A DNA stretch of 64,000 nt from Hyphomicrobiales bacterium (GTDB lineage: Bacteria; Pseudomonadota; Alphaproteobacteria; Rhizobiales; JAKPQE01). Positions 52,127 to 61,789 of the stretch are shown here, one piece after another. Position numbers and translations under genes: made by a program. The notes under the pieces were generated by a model, which ran no database searches, was not told where the DNA came from, and was given only the letters and a program-made list of their open reading frames with translations. The stretch covers positions 53,288 through 117,287 of the forward strand of contig JAWKVW010000007.1 in NCBI GenBank assembly GCA_041397845.1, given 5' to 3'. Numbering within the stretch: the first letter of the stretch is position 1; each line of letters begins with the position of its first letter.

Positions 52127-52225
52127 TCACGACATCCGATGGCCGGTGGTGACCCAGCCGGTCACGAAGCCGACGATCAGCGCGAGCAACAGGAAGACCC
52201 ACAGCTTGACCATTAGATACCACAT
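52127..52225 (-). CDS. Candidate 32-aa single-TM micro-protein
   Basis: Below the ORF-track cut-off. It reads MWYLMVKLWVFLLLALIVGFVTGWVTTGHRMS, with an AAGGAGA Shine-Dalgarno 9 nt upstream of the ATG at 52225. It ends 34 nt before the next gene. Confidence 0.3.
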   Translation of the reverse strand: MWYLMVKLWVFLLLALIVGFVTGWVTTGHRMS

Positions 52226-52310
52226 CGCGGCATTTCTCCTTGCCGGGCTGGCGGCACACGCGCGCCGCCCCTGCCCTTCCCAGTCGTTCCATGCTTCCGC
52301 CCAGACCGCC

Positions 52311-54191
52311 TCAGCGGATGACGGAGAGCTCTATGCGCCGGTTGGCGGCGCGCCCTTCCCGCGTTGCGTTGTCGGCAACGGGGCGATCCTCGCCAAAGCC
52401 CGCCGCTGACATGCGGTCACGTCCGACACCGGCGGCAACCAGCGTGTCGAGGACGGCCTTCGCCCGTTCCTCGCTCAAGGTTTTATTATACGCCGAAGCA
52501 CCGACCGAGTCCGTATGACCGGCGATCTCGAGCCGCAGTTCCGGGCAGTTCACCAGCCGACTGGCAAGCGCCGCGATGCTGGCGGCACTCTCATCATCAA
52601 GCTCTGAACCATCCGTGCGGAAATGCGCGATGATCGGCGCCGTCTCGTCAATCTCGCATGCCGGCGCGGCAGCGGCGGGGACCGCAGGCGTTGCAGGTGC
52701 AGCGGGCGCGGCAGCGACCGGAGCTGCAGGCGTGGCGGGCGTAGCCGGTGCGGGGCGGCCGGAGCCGGGGTCTCGACCACCGGGGCGGCCGCTTCAGCCG
52801 CCGGCATGGCGGGCGCGGCGATGAAAGCCGGCGGCGTGGCCGCGGCCATCGCCTCCGGGGGAACCGGCGGCGCGGCGAGCGGGCGGCCGGCGCGGCCATC
52901 GCCTGCGGTTCCGCCTGCGCTACCGGAGCCGGCGCCTCGGCCGCAGGCGCGGCGGCTTCAACTGCCGGCGCTGGCCCGGCAGCGCGGTGCAGCGGCTGGC
53001 GGCTCGGACATTGCCGGCGCTGGCTCGGCTGCAGGCGCGGCGGGCGCCGCGATGAAGGCCGGCGGCGTTGCAGCCGCCATTGCCTCTGGCGGGACCGGCG
53101 GCGCCGCGAAGCCATGGCCGGCGGCGGCATCAGGGCCGGCGGGGCTGGCGGCGGCGCCACTGGCGCGATCTGGGCCGGGGCCATCGGGGCTGGCATCGCC
53201 GGAGGGCCACCATCATGGGCGCTGACATCATCGGCGCAGCCGCCATTGGTGCAGGCGTCATTGGTGCAGGCGTCAGGGGCGATGCCATCACAGGCGCTGG
53301 CATTGCCGGCGAAGGCATCGCCGGAGCAGCCATTTCCGGCGCCGGCGTGGCGGACACAGGCGCAGCCTGGGGCATGGGCGCAGCCGGGGGCATTGGCGCA
53401 GCCGGGGCTGGCGCAGCCTGGGGCATTGCGCAGCGGACGCAGGCATGGCCGGCGGCGGCGGGAAGGTCGGGGCAACCGAACGCCGGTGGCGGCATCATCG
53501 GCCCGGCGTAGCCGTATCGCGGCGGCGCGCCCCAGGGAACGGGCGTAAACGGCGCGCCGGCGGCAGGCGGCGGCAGCGGACCGGCAAAGGCCGGTGGTGG
53601 CGGCAACGGTGCGCCGGCAGCGGGCGGAAACCCGCCCGACGGAGGCGCGAACCCGCCCGACGGAGGCGCGAATGCGCCCGGCGGAGGCGCGAAGATGCAC
53701 CCGGCGGCGGCGCGAAAGCACCTGGCGGGGCGCGAAAGCACCTGGCGGAGGCGCGAATGCACCGGTGGCGGCAGTGGAACAGGGGCGCCATTCGGCATCG
53801 GCGCACCGCTTGCCATCGGTGCGGCATTCGGCATGCCACCTGCCGGCGGCATCGGCGGACCCCAGGCCGGGCCCGCACTCCAAGGCTGGCCACCATTCCA
53901 AGGCTGGCGCTGATAACGAGCTTCGCGCGAACTCCAGAATTCGCGCGGTGCCCAACCGGCACGTTCGCGACGCGCATCGTGGCGCGCCTTGGCATCCCAG
54001 TAGTCGGTCGGGCGCGATTGCGGCGCCGCCTGACCGGAAAGGCTGCCGGGCAGGCCCGGAACCGGTCTTGGCACATAGCACTGCGGGGCGCTGCCGGCCG
54101 CATCGACCGGCGGAGCGGCGAGCGCCGGGATGGCCGCGGAACCGAGCAGCGCAACGGCGGCGGCGCCAAAAATCAATCTGGTCTTTTTCAT
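52311..54191 (-). pseudogene. Secreted Pro/Ala/Met-rich repeat protein with C-terminal OmpA-like peptidoglycan-binding domain; frame changes many times
   Basis: The signal peptide MKKTRLIFGAAAVALLGSAAIPALA lies in ORF 53130-54191. The OmpA domain ELRLEIAGHTDSVGASAYNKTLSEERAKAV...NRRIELSVIR lies in ORF 52311-52553. The middle is readable only by hopping between three frames (about 10 changes). It contains a 21-nt GAFAPPP array and a 231-nt internal repeat. Confidence 0.6.
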
Positions 54192-54266
54192 CTTCCCCCC
54201 AATCCGGCCCGCATCTGGCGGCGGGCCTGGAAATCCTGCCGGGCGCGGTTGGCGCCCGGTCCTTTC

Positions 54267-56468
54267 CTACTGGCGTATCGTGAACTCGATCCGGCGGTTG
54301 CGGGCCTTGCCCTCGGCCGTGCCGTTGTCTGCGACCGGCATCGTTTCGCCATAACCGCGCGATGTCAGGCGGTCCGGGACGACGCCGGCGTCGGTCAGAT
54401 AGGTGACGACGGCGCCGGCGCGAGCCTCGCTGAGCGTCTGGTTGGCCGCGTCCGAACCATCCGAATCGGTGTGTCCGGCAATCTCGATGCGGGCAGCCGG
54501 GCAGCGCTGGCTGGCATAGGCGAGCGAATCGAGCAGGCCGAAACTGTCCTCGGAGATCACCGCCTCGCCGGAGCGGAAGCGGATGGTGTTGCCGGCGAGG
54601 ATGCCGCTCAGCAGCGTCTGGCACTCGGCATCGGCAACCTCGGCTGCCGGCGGCGCGACAGTCAGCCCGCCGCTGGTCGTGAAACCGGCCGGCAGGGCCG
54701 ATTTAAGGGCGTCGAGAATCTGGCCGATGGCGCGCTCGGTAAAGGTCTCGCCCGAGAGTTCCAGCGTCTTGTCGGTCAAGGCGGCGCGGCCGGACATCAG
54801 GCGGCCGACCGCCTCGATCGCCGCATTGGCGGCGGCGGCAAAGCCCTCCGGAGCGCCCTCGCCGACGACGAGGCGATCATCGACCGCCCGCCCCGGGAAG
54901 AGCCGGGCGACGAGCGACAGGATTGCTGCGCGCGCCTCCTCGTTCGGGACAATGCCGGAGAGGACGATGCCATCAGCACCAGCCTCAATCGACCAGCCGA
55001 ACGGTGCCGGCGTCGCCGGCTGCTCGGCCGCGACCGGCGCGGCAGCGGCAGGTTCGGCAGGGACAGGCTCAACGACGGCCGGCGGCGGCGGCGCGGCCGG
55101 ACCCTCGATCTCGCGCAGGGCGATGGTCATGCCCTCAGGCAGGCTGCCATCCAGCATGGTGTTGACTGCAATGAACATTTCAGCCGTCGGCGCCTTGCCG
55201 TTGACGGTCAGCGAGAGATCGGACAGTGACGCTGTGCCTTCCGACAGATTGCCGAGGGCGCCGATTGCGAACAGCGCTTCATCGGCAAAACCCGCCGGGG
55301 CGCCACTGGCCACGACCAATCTGTCGTCGACCTTTTCTCCGAGCTTTGCAGCCGCGGCAACCAGCGCCGCGCGAACTTCTTCGGAAGGAACAAAGCCCTC
55401 GAGAACGACGACGCCATTTGCCGACTTGGCCGAGAAGGTGAACGGAGCGACGGCCGGCGGCGTCACCGTCAGCTCGGCAAGCGCGATGCCGGCGGGAAGC
55501 TCTTTGTCGAGGACGGAGCGGATATCCGCTTCGCTGTCGAAGTGACGGGCGCGACCACGGATGGTCAGCTTGTCGTCTTCAAGGCGAGCGGTGCCATCCT
55601 CGAGGCGCGACAACGTATGAAGCGCGGCAACGACGCCGCCGACAAAGCCCTCCGGCGCGCCGCTGGCCGGAACAGTGCCGTTCTCGACCGCAATACCCGG
55701 CAGAATCGTGGCCATGCTGCCGAGAATATCGGCCTCGCCATGGGCGCCCGGCATGCTGCCGCCAAGAACGAGCTTGCCGCTGCCGCTTTCGGCAGTCCAG
55801 ACATAGGGACTGGCCTTCGGCGGCATGACCGCGTCGGAGACAAGCGTATATCCCGCGGGGAGCTGGGAGAGCGCGGCGCGGTAGGCATCATAGGACGCGC
55901 GGTCGGCGGCAAGTCCGGAGAAAGAAAGGCCGGTGCCGGAGATTTCCACCTTGCCGGTCTCGAGATTGGCGAGGCGGGCAGCAGCGAAACCGACCGCGGC
56001 GAGCCAGCCTTTTTCGTCGGGCGCGCCATTGGCGTCAGCGGCACCATCCTCGACGGCGAGCCCCGGCAAGGCCGCGGCGACAGCATCCGCGACGGCGCCA
56101 CGCGCCGCGCCGAACGGCACATTGCCGGCAAGCTTCACCCCGGATGCCGACTTTTCCGCAGTCCAGACAAAGGGATCGGCCACGGCGAGGATGTCGGAGG
56201 CGTCCTTGACGACCCGCACACCCCAGACGCGATCGACCGACTGGCGGCCCATCTCGCGATAACCTTCGGAGGGAGCCGTTCCGGAGAGGGTCAGATCGCG
56301 GCCATCGGCCGTGACCGCGCCCCAGGGCTGGCCATCGGCCTTCAGGGCAGCGCCGGCACGCTCGACAAGGTCCGTTTCAATGTGCCCGGACCTGACGACA
56401 AGCGCCAGAACCGTTCCGACGATGACCGTTGCAGCACCGGCGATGACCCGCGTCTGCCACTTCCGCAT
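54267..56468 (-). CDS. Large membrane-anchored OmpA-domain protein with BON-like segment and four tandem modules
   Basis: 733-aa intact ORF with an N-terminal TM and VWGVRVVKDASDI. Four modules start PFVWTAEKSASGVKLAGNVP, PYVWTAESGSGKLVLGGSMP, PFTFSAKSANGVVVLEGFVP and PFGWSIEAGADGIVLSGIVP. The C-terminus is RIEIAGHTDSDGSDAANQTLSEARA...NRRIEFTIRQ. Confidence 0.85.
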   Translation of the reverse strand: MRKWQTRVIAGAATVIVGTVLALVVRSGHIETDLVERAGAALKADGQPWGAVTADGRDLTLSGTAPSEGYREMGRQSVDRVWGVRVVKDASDILAVADPFVWTAEKSASGVKLAGNVPFGAARGAVADAVAAALPGLAVEDGAADANGAPDEKGWLAAVGFAAARLANLETGKVEISGTGLSFSGLAADRASYDAYRAALSQLPAGYTLVSDAVMPPKASPYVWTAESGSGKLVLGGSMPGAHGEADILGSMATILPGIAVENGTVPASGAPEGFVGGVVAALHTLSRLEDGTARLEDDKLTIRGRARHFDSEADIRSVLDKELPAGIALAELTVTPPAVAPFTFSAKSANGVVVLEGFVPSEEVRAALVAAAAKLGEKVDDRLVVASGAPAGFADEALFAIGALGNLSEGTASLSDLSLTVNGKAPTAEMFIAVNTMLDGSLPEGMTIALREIEGPAAPPPPAVVEPVPAEPAAAAPVAAEQPATPAPFGWSIEAGADGIVLSGIVPNEEARAAILSLVARLFPGRAVDDRLVVGEGAPEGFAAAANAAIEAVGRLMSGRAALTDKTLELSGETFTERAIGQILDALKSALPAGFTTSGGLTVAPPAAEVADAECQTLLSGILAGNTIRFRSGEAVISEDSFGLLDSLAYASQRCPAARIEIAGHTDSDGSDAANQTLSEARAGAVVTYLTDAGVVPDRLTSRGYGETMPVADNGTAEGKARNRRIEFTIRQ

Positions 56469-56703
56469 TTGCGCCCCCTTGAACCGGTCCGGGAACGCCA
56501 GAACGCGCCGGACCGAAGCCGCGACGCCCCTCGCCTTCCAGACCTTCGCGGCAGCTCTTCGCCGCGCGCGACCCTTGCCCCGTTAACCGGCACAAAGACT
56601 ACGGGAACTCGGCCTTCGGCTGCAAGCAATTGCTCTGCCGGCGGCGGCCGGAATGACATTTTGACACGTAAATTCGCCGACAACTCCTTGAAACAAAAGA
56701 AAA

Positions 56704-56727
56704 CCCGGCGGGATCGCTCCCGCCGGG
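56704..56727 (-). terminator. Rho-independent terminator after the downstream porin
   Basis: cccggcggga-tcgc-tcccgccggg perfect 10-bp stem. The plus-strand aaacaaaagaaaa before it gives a long T-run on the minus strand. Confidence 0.8.
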
Positions 56728-56772
56728 AATTTTGTACCGGTCTGGTCCGTAACGCCGTCAGGCGCTGTCGGA

Positions 56773-58016
56773 TCAGAAGTCGCGCTGGATGCGCATCACG
56801 CCGGAGAAGTAGTCGACGTCGCCGCCCGGGACCGAGCCAACATTGTGGATGTCAACGTCCGACATTCTCGTAAGCCACTTCAACGCCGATGGTCAGGCCG
56901 CTGACGGGCATGTAATTGTTGGTCAGGATGATGTTATAGGCATCCCAATCACGAACGGTCGAGGCCGTCGGGTTGTTGACGTCGATGTAGGAACCAGTCA
57001 GAGCCGTCGAGAACTGGGGCGTCCAGTTATGCAGGATGCCTCGCAGCAACCGAGTATGCCTTTGGTGGCCTTGAAGCCAACACCATCCGTGTAGCCATCA
57101 ATGAACGAACCAAATCCTGCAGTCGGCGAATTCTGAACGCCGATTCAAAGGTGCCGACGTATTCGGTTGCACCCTCAGAATAGGCCGCATGTACTAGCAA
57201 TCTGGATCACCCGCGGCGATCATCGGCAAATTAACTGTCAGGCCACCCATGACCGCCCAGCCAAGCTCAGCGTCAGCAGCAGTCGCTGTCGTGAAGCGGT
57301 TCTGAGGATCGCGCCAGCCACCTGGGCAGAACCCCAGCCCTGATCAACACGCAGAGCAGCAACAACATCCGGAAGAGTGTGGCCACTGCGATAGTCGTCA
57401 ATGCCACGGGCCCTCAATACCGGTCGAGCCGGTCCGGAAAGTCCCATCTTCAACGGAAACAGTGGCCGAGAAAACCATTGCCGAATGCATAGGTATAGGC
57501 CAGAAGATTCGTGTTCAGATAGGAATAGGCGGTGTCGACAAACGGACCCCAAGCATAGCCCGCCAATAGTCAAAGAACGACGGCGCGACCTGCCGTCAGA
57601 CCACCGAACTGCGTAAACGCGCGTTCGATGAAAGTGTCAGTGGTATCGCCAGAATCCTGCCGAACCCGGACATCAAGGAATGCACAGCAGACCATACTCG
57701 GTCATGGTTCGTGCATCGAACTTCTGGCAGATCGATGCTTCAGCGCGCGTCATCGTATGGTTTTCGCTGCGGTCGCAATTGCCATTGTCGTCGCCGTTCA
57801 GGGCAGGTTCGACGTAGCGCAAATCGTAGCGGGCATAGCCGCCGATCTTAAGGCAGGTCTCGGTGCCCGGAATGTGTAGAAGAAGCCGGTGCCGAAAGTG
57901 CCGCACACCTTGACGTACTCGACCGGCTCAGCAGCCGGGAAGGTCAGCAGCCCGGGCACCGGTAACCGCGAGGGGAGGGCGGCGGCGGAGCCGAGAATGA
58001 GGCTCTTGATGTTCAT
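56773..58016 (-). pseudogene. RopA/Omp2-type porin, copy B, about 13 frame disruptions
   Basis: Conserved blocks are scattered over three frames: MNIKSLILGSAAA; [18 protein letters not shown]; [19 protein letters not shown]; FDARTMTEYGLL; ERAFTQFGGLTAG; NLLAYTYAFGNGF; SATVSVEDG; GHTLPDVVAALRVDQGWGSAQVAGA; AELGWAVMGGLTVNLPMIAAGD; HNWTPQFSTALTGSYIDVNN; GLTIGVEVAYENV; and VDYFSGVMRIQRDF-stop. The length of 1244 nt is not a multiple of 3. Confidence 0.8.
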
Positions 58017-58300
58017 CTTGTTACCTTTCATCGCATCTTTACGAGCGGAGTTCCGTTCGGTCTGTTTTGGCCGAATTGCCTTGACCCCGAACTCGATACC
58101 GAACGCATCAAGAGTATCCTCGTCATTCCGTCGTGGTCAGTGTGGGTATTCAATCCATCGCCGGAAAGCAGAATATCCAGCGGCTTGGTCTTCGCAATCG
58201 ATGAACTGCCCAAAATGACGGCAAAGCCAGCGTTTGAAAAACCGCTGTGACATTTCCACAAATAATTGCGTCACGGCAAAAAACCGCCAGAACCAAGTGT

Positions 58301-58316
58301 TTAACCGATCATTAAC
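58301..58316. promoter_or_regulatory. CtrA-type box TTAA-N7-TTAAC upstream of porin copy B
   Basis: ttaa-ccgatca-ttaac is an exact match, about 285-300 nt upstream of the start at 58016, between the two porin genes. Confidence 0.45.
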
Positions 58317-58489
58317 AAACCGGGATCGTGTGGCTGCCGTTTGAGGCAGCGCCCAGGGAGACCGAAAACCGGGGATCTTCGCCCCTATTCGACCAAGGTC
58401 GATGACGAAGCCGGCACGAAGACTTCAGCCCCAACGAGGTACAAGAGCGTCGAATCATCGAATCCGGAAAAGCAGCGTCCAAATAGAAA

Positions 58490-58516
58490 ACGCCTCCGGC
58501 GGAGACCGCCAGGCGT
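58490..58516 (-). terminator. Rho-independent terminator after porin copy A
   Basis: acgcct-cc-ggcgg-aga-ccgcc-aggcgt hairpin. The plus-strand aaatagaaa before it gives tttctattt on the minus strand. Confidence 0.75.
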
Positions 58517-58541
58517 CAATATTTTTGAACCAGCTAGTGGA

Positions 58542-59747
58542 TCAGAAGCCGTCGGATCCGCAGCGCACCGGAGATCGCGTCACGATCGCCACCGACGGCT
58601 TCACCCGTAGAGTGCCAGTCGAGTGAACGTCAAGCTTCTCGTAGCCAACTTCAGCAGCATCAGCAGGTTGGAAACCGGCGAATATCCAACAGTACCGAAG
58701 ACAGTCGCAACATCCCAATCAGCAGCCGAACCCATGAAGGACGGTTGTTGACAGAGATATAACCACCGGTGATCGCGGTCCAGATCTGCGGCGTCCAGAA
58801 GTGCTTGAAGCCAGCATAGGCCGACCAAGCCTTGGCGAGTTTCAGGCTGACGGACGCCGGATCAACGGCAGCGTCAATAACGGTCGTAGCCAAGCCAATG
58901 TTGCCACTGAGCGCCAACATAAGACACCGCGCCTTCCGAGTACAACGCCAGCCTTGATGGCATCACCAGCGGCGATCATCGGAAGATTGACCTGAACATC
59001 ACCCTTCAACGCCCAGCCGAGCTTGGAGTCAATATCAGAGACACCATCCGTGGTGGTGCGAATGTTATGGGTCACACCAGCCAGGCTCACAAAACCAACC
59101 CTGGTCGACATGAACCAGCAACAACGTCGGGAAGCGTGTGGCCACCGCAAATATCGGTCGCACCAGCCGCATCCCAAACAGTCGTGCGAACGACCCATCT
59201 TCAACCGACAGCGTGGCGGAGAAACCGTTGCCAAAAGCAAGGTGTAGGCCAACAGATTGGTCGGAGCAAGAATGGCGTGCAACTGGGCCGTTGACCGCCA
59301 TCAACCGTCGATGAAGCTGGAAGCCAGCGCCGTAATCAAAGAAGGTTGCAGCACCAGCGGTCAGACCACCAAACTGGATAAAGGCACGCTCAAGCGAGGT
59401 ATCAACATCACCACCAGAATCCTGGGTCCAGTACATTTCAATGAACGTACGAAGCAGACCATATTCAGTCATCGTACGAGCATCGAACTTCAGCATCAGC
59501 GCGCGCGTCAGCGTGTCTTCATCGCGATCAGCCGATCAATCGGCTCGCGATAGGCGAGCTCGTAGCGGGCATAGCCGCCGATCTTGAGGCACGTCTCGGT
59601 ACCCGGGATGTAGAAGAAACCCGTGCCGAACGTGTCGCAAACCTTGACGTACTCAACCGGCTCAGCAGCCGGAAGATCAGCCGCCTGGGCGCCGGTCACC
59701 GCGAGAACCGCGGCGGCAGAGCCGAGAATGATGCTCTTCATAGTCAT
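58542..59747 (-). pseudogene. RopA/Omp2-type porin, copy A, about 10 frame disruptions
   Basis: The N-terminus is [63 protein letters not shown] (ORF 59508-59747). Further blocks lie in other frames: LKFDARTMTEYGLLRTFIEMYWTQDSGGDVDTSLERAFIQFGGLTAGAATFFDYGAGF; NLLAYT.AFGNGFSATLSVEDG; GHTLPDVVAG; VGFVSLAGVTHNIRTTTDGVSDIDSKLGWALKGDVQVNLPMIAAGDAIKAGVV; and AKAWSAYAGFKHFWTPQIWTAITGGYISVNN. It ends ...GF-stop. Confidence 0.8.
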
Positions 59748-60101
59748 ATCCTGACCTCCAATCGTCTAACCTCAGGGACTTGGCGTCTTCTGCAGCGTCG
59801 GTACGTTTTGGCGTTACCGCCGCCGACAACAAGGAAGCCTTCCGAGTTCCCCGCGAATTCGCCGTTTCGCCTTTCGGTCGACCACCCCAGGTCGGAGACG
59901 CTACGGCCAGCGACTTCGGTTTCCCGCCGTCGCAAGGCCACTTTTATCCCAGCCTCCTTACCAATCAACTGGCAAATGCCTATGGAAGGGGCTCTCCAGC
60001 CGCTATTTCCAACCGGTGTTGCAGGAATGTCACGAGACGTGATCCGGGCCGGCGAAAAGCGTTGCGCATTCGTTAAATGGACGGCCAAGCTGCGGAAAAT
60101 G

Positions 60102-60117
60102 TTGACATTTCATTAAC
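60102..60117. promoter_or_regulatory. Near-CtrA box TTGA-N7-TTAAC upstream of porin copy A (one mismatch)
   Basis: ttga-catttca-ttaac lies about 355 nt upstream of the porin A start. Its flanks resemble the copy-B box region (tgtt.a....cattaac...cggg). Confidence 0.3.
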
Positions 60118-60345
60118 CCTTCGGGTTCTCGCAGCGGCCTTGCCTGCGGCCATCGCGGCGGCATTGAAGGCCACTTCGGCGCAAGGGCGCTGCCGTTTCG
60201 ACAGGCAGGACCGGGGCGCCGCCGGCCGCGGGCAAACTGTCACTCGAATCGAGTACGCGTCTTTTGTTATTAGGCGGTGGGAAAGCGGCGCGCCGGCCGA
60301 AGGCAGGCACAGTGCTGCGCCGCAAACAGGGGAAGGCAGGTAAAC

Positions 60346-61668
60346 ATGCGTATCGCAATGATCGGGACCGGCTATGTGGGCCTCGTCTCGGGGGCGTGCT
60401 TTTCGGAATTCGGATTCGAGACGACCTGCGTCGATGTCGATTCGGCCAAGATCGAGGGCCTGAAGCGCGGCGAGATCCCGATCTACGAGCCCGGGCTCGA
60501 CGCCTTGGTCGAGCGAAATGCGGCCGAGGGGCGGCTGAAATTCACCACCGAACTGAAGAGCGCAGTCGCCGAGGCCGATGCCGTCTTCATTGCGGTCGGC
60601 ACGCCGAGCCGGCGCGGCGATGGCGAGGCCGACCTTGCCTATGTCTTTGCCGCGGCCGAGCAGATCGCGGAGGCGGCGCGGAACGGGGTTGTCGTCGTCA
60701 TCAAGTCGACGGTCGTCGTCGGCACGAACCGGCGGGTCAAGGAGGCGATCCAGAAAGCGCGGCCGGATCTCGACTTCTCGATGGCCTCAAATCCGGAATT
60801 CCTGCGCGAAGGTTCGGCGATCGAGGACTTCATGCGGCCGAATCGCGTCGTCGTCGGCGTCGAGGACGAGCGGGCCCGCGAGGTGATGCGCCGGCTTTAC
60901 CGGCCGCTTTATCTGCGCGAGACGCCGATGGTGGTCACCAGTCTCGAGAACGCCGAGCTCATCAAATATGCCTCGAACGCCTTCCTGGCGATGAAGGTCA
61001 CCTTCATCAACGAGGTCGCCGACCTTTGCGAGGCGGTTGGCGGCAATGTTCAGGAAGTCGCGGCGGCGCTCGGTCTCGACCAGCGAATCGGCTCGAAATT
61101 CCTGCATGCCGGGCCGGGCTTCGGCGGCTCGTGCTTCCCGAAGGACACGCGGGCCTTTGCCGCGACCGGCCAGAATCACGGTGCGCCGCAGCAGCTCGTC
61201 GAGGCGGTGATCGCGGTCAACGAGGCACGCAAGGAGCGGATGGCGGATCGAATCATCGCGGCGCTCGGCGGCGCGGGGGCGGCGGCCGGCAAGACCGTCG
61301 GCGTGCTCGGCCTCGCCTTCAAGCCGAACACCGACGATGTGCGCGAAGCACCGAGCCTTGCCATCGTGCCGCGCCTGCAGGCGGCGGGAATCACCGTGCG
61401 GGCGCATGATCCGGAGGCGATGGAGCAGGCGCGGCCGCTTCTTGCCGACGTCGTTTGGTGCGATTCGGCGCTGGCGGCGGCAGAGGGCGCCGACGCCGTC
61501 GTCGTGCTGACGGAATGGAACGCCTATCGCGGCATCGACCCGAACCGCCTCGCCGCCGCCATGCGCGGGCGCGAGCTCATTGACCTGCGCAACGTTTTCC
61601 GGGTCGAGGACCTCGCCGGCAGCGGCCTGCGGCTGACGAGCATCGGACGGCGCCCGGCCGAGGGCTGA
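60346..61668 (+). CDS. ugd: UDP-glucose 6-dehydrogenase
   Basis: 440 aa from MRIAMIGTGYVGLVSGACF inside track ORF 60277-61668. It has the catalytic GFGGSCFPKD and LGLAFKPNTDDVREAP. Confidence 0.95.
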   Translation: MRIAMIGTGYVGLVSGACFSEFGFETTCVDVDSAKIEGLKRGEIPIYEPGLDALVERNAAEGRLKFTTELKSAVAEADAVFIAVGTPSRRGDGEADLAYVFAAAEQIAEAARNGVVVVIKSTVVVGTNRRVKEAIQKARPDLDFSMASNPEFLREGSAIEDFMRPNRVVVGVEDERAREVMRRLYRPLYLRETPMVVTSLENAELIKYASNAFLAMKVTFINEVADLCEAVGGNVQEVAAALGLDQRIGSKFLHAGPGFGGSCFPKDTRAFAATGQNHGAPQQLVEAVIAVNEARKERMADRIIAALGGAGAAAGKTVGVLGLAFKPNTDDVREAPSLAIVPRLQAAGITVRAHDPEAMEQARPLLADVVWCDSALAAAEGADAVVVLTEWNAYRGIDPNRLAAAMRGRELIDLRNVFRVEDLAGSGLRLTSIGRRPAEG

Positions 61669-61789
61669 CGCCAGCGGCCCTCCCCCGCCCGGGCGCGGCG
61701 ATCCGCACCGGGCAACCTTGCCGCCGACGCGCTACTATAGTCGTAGCGGGCGTAACCCGGACGATAACCGGGGCCGGCGGGAGGGAATC

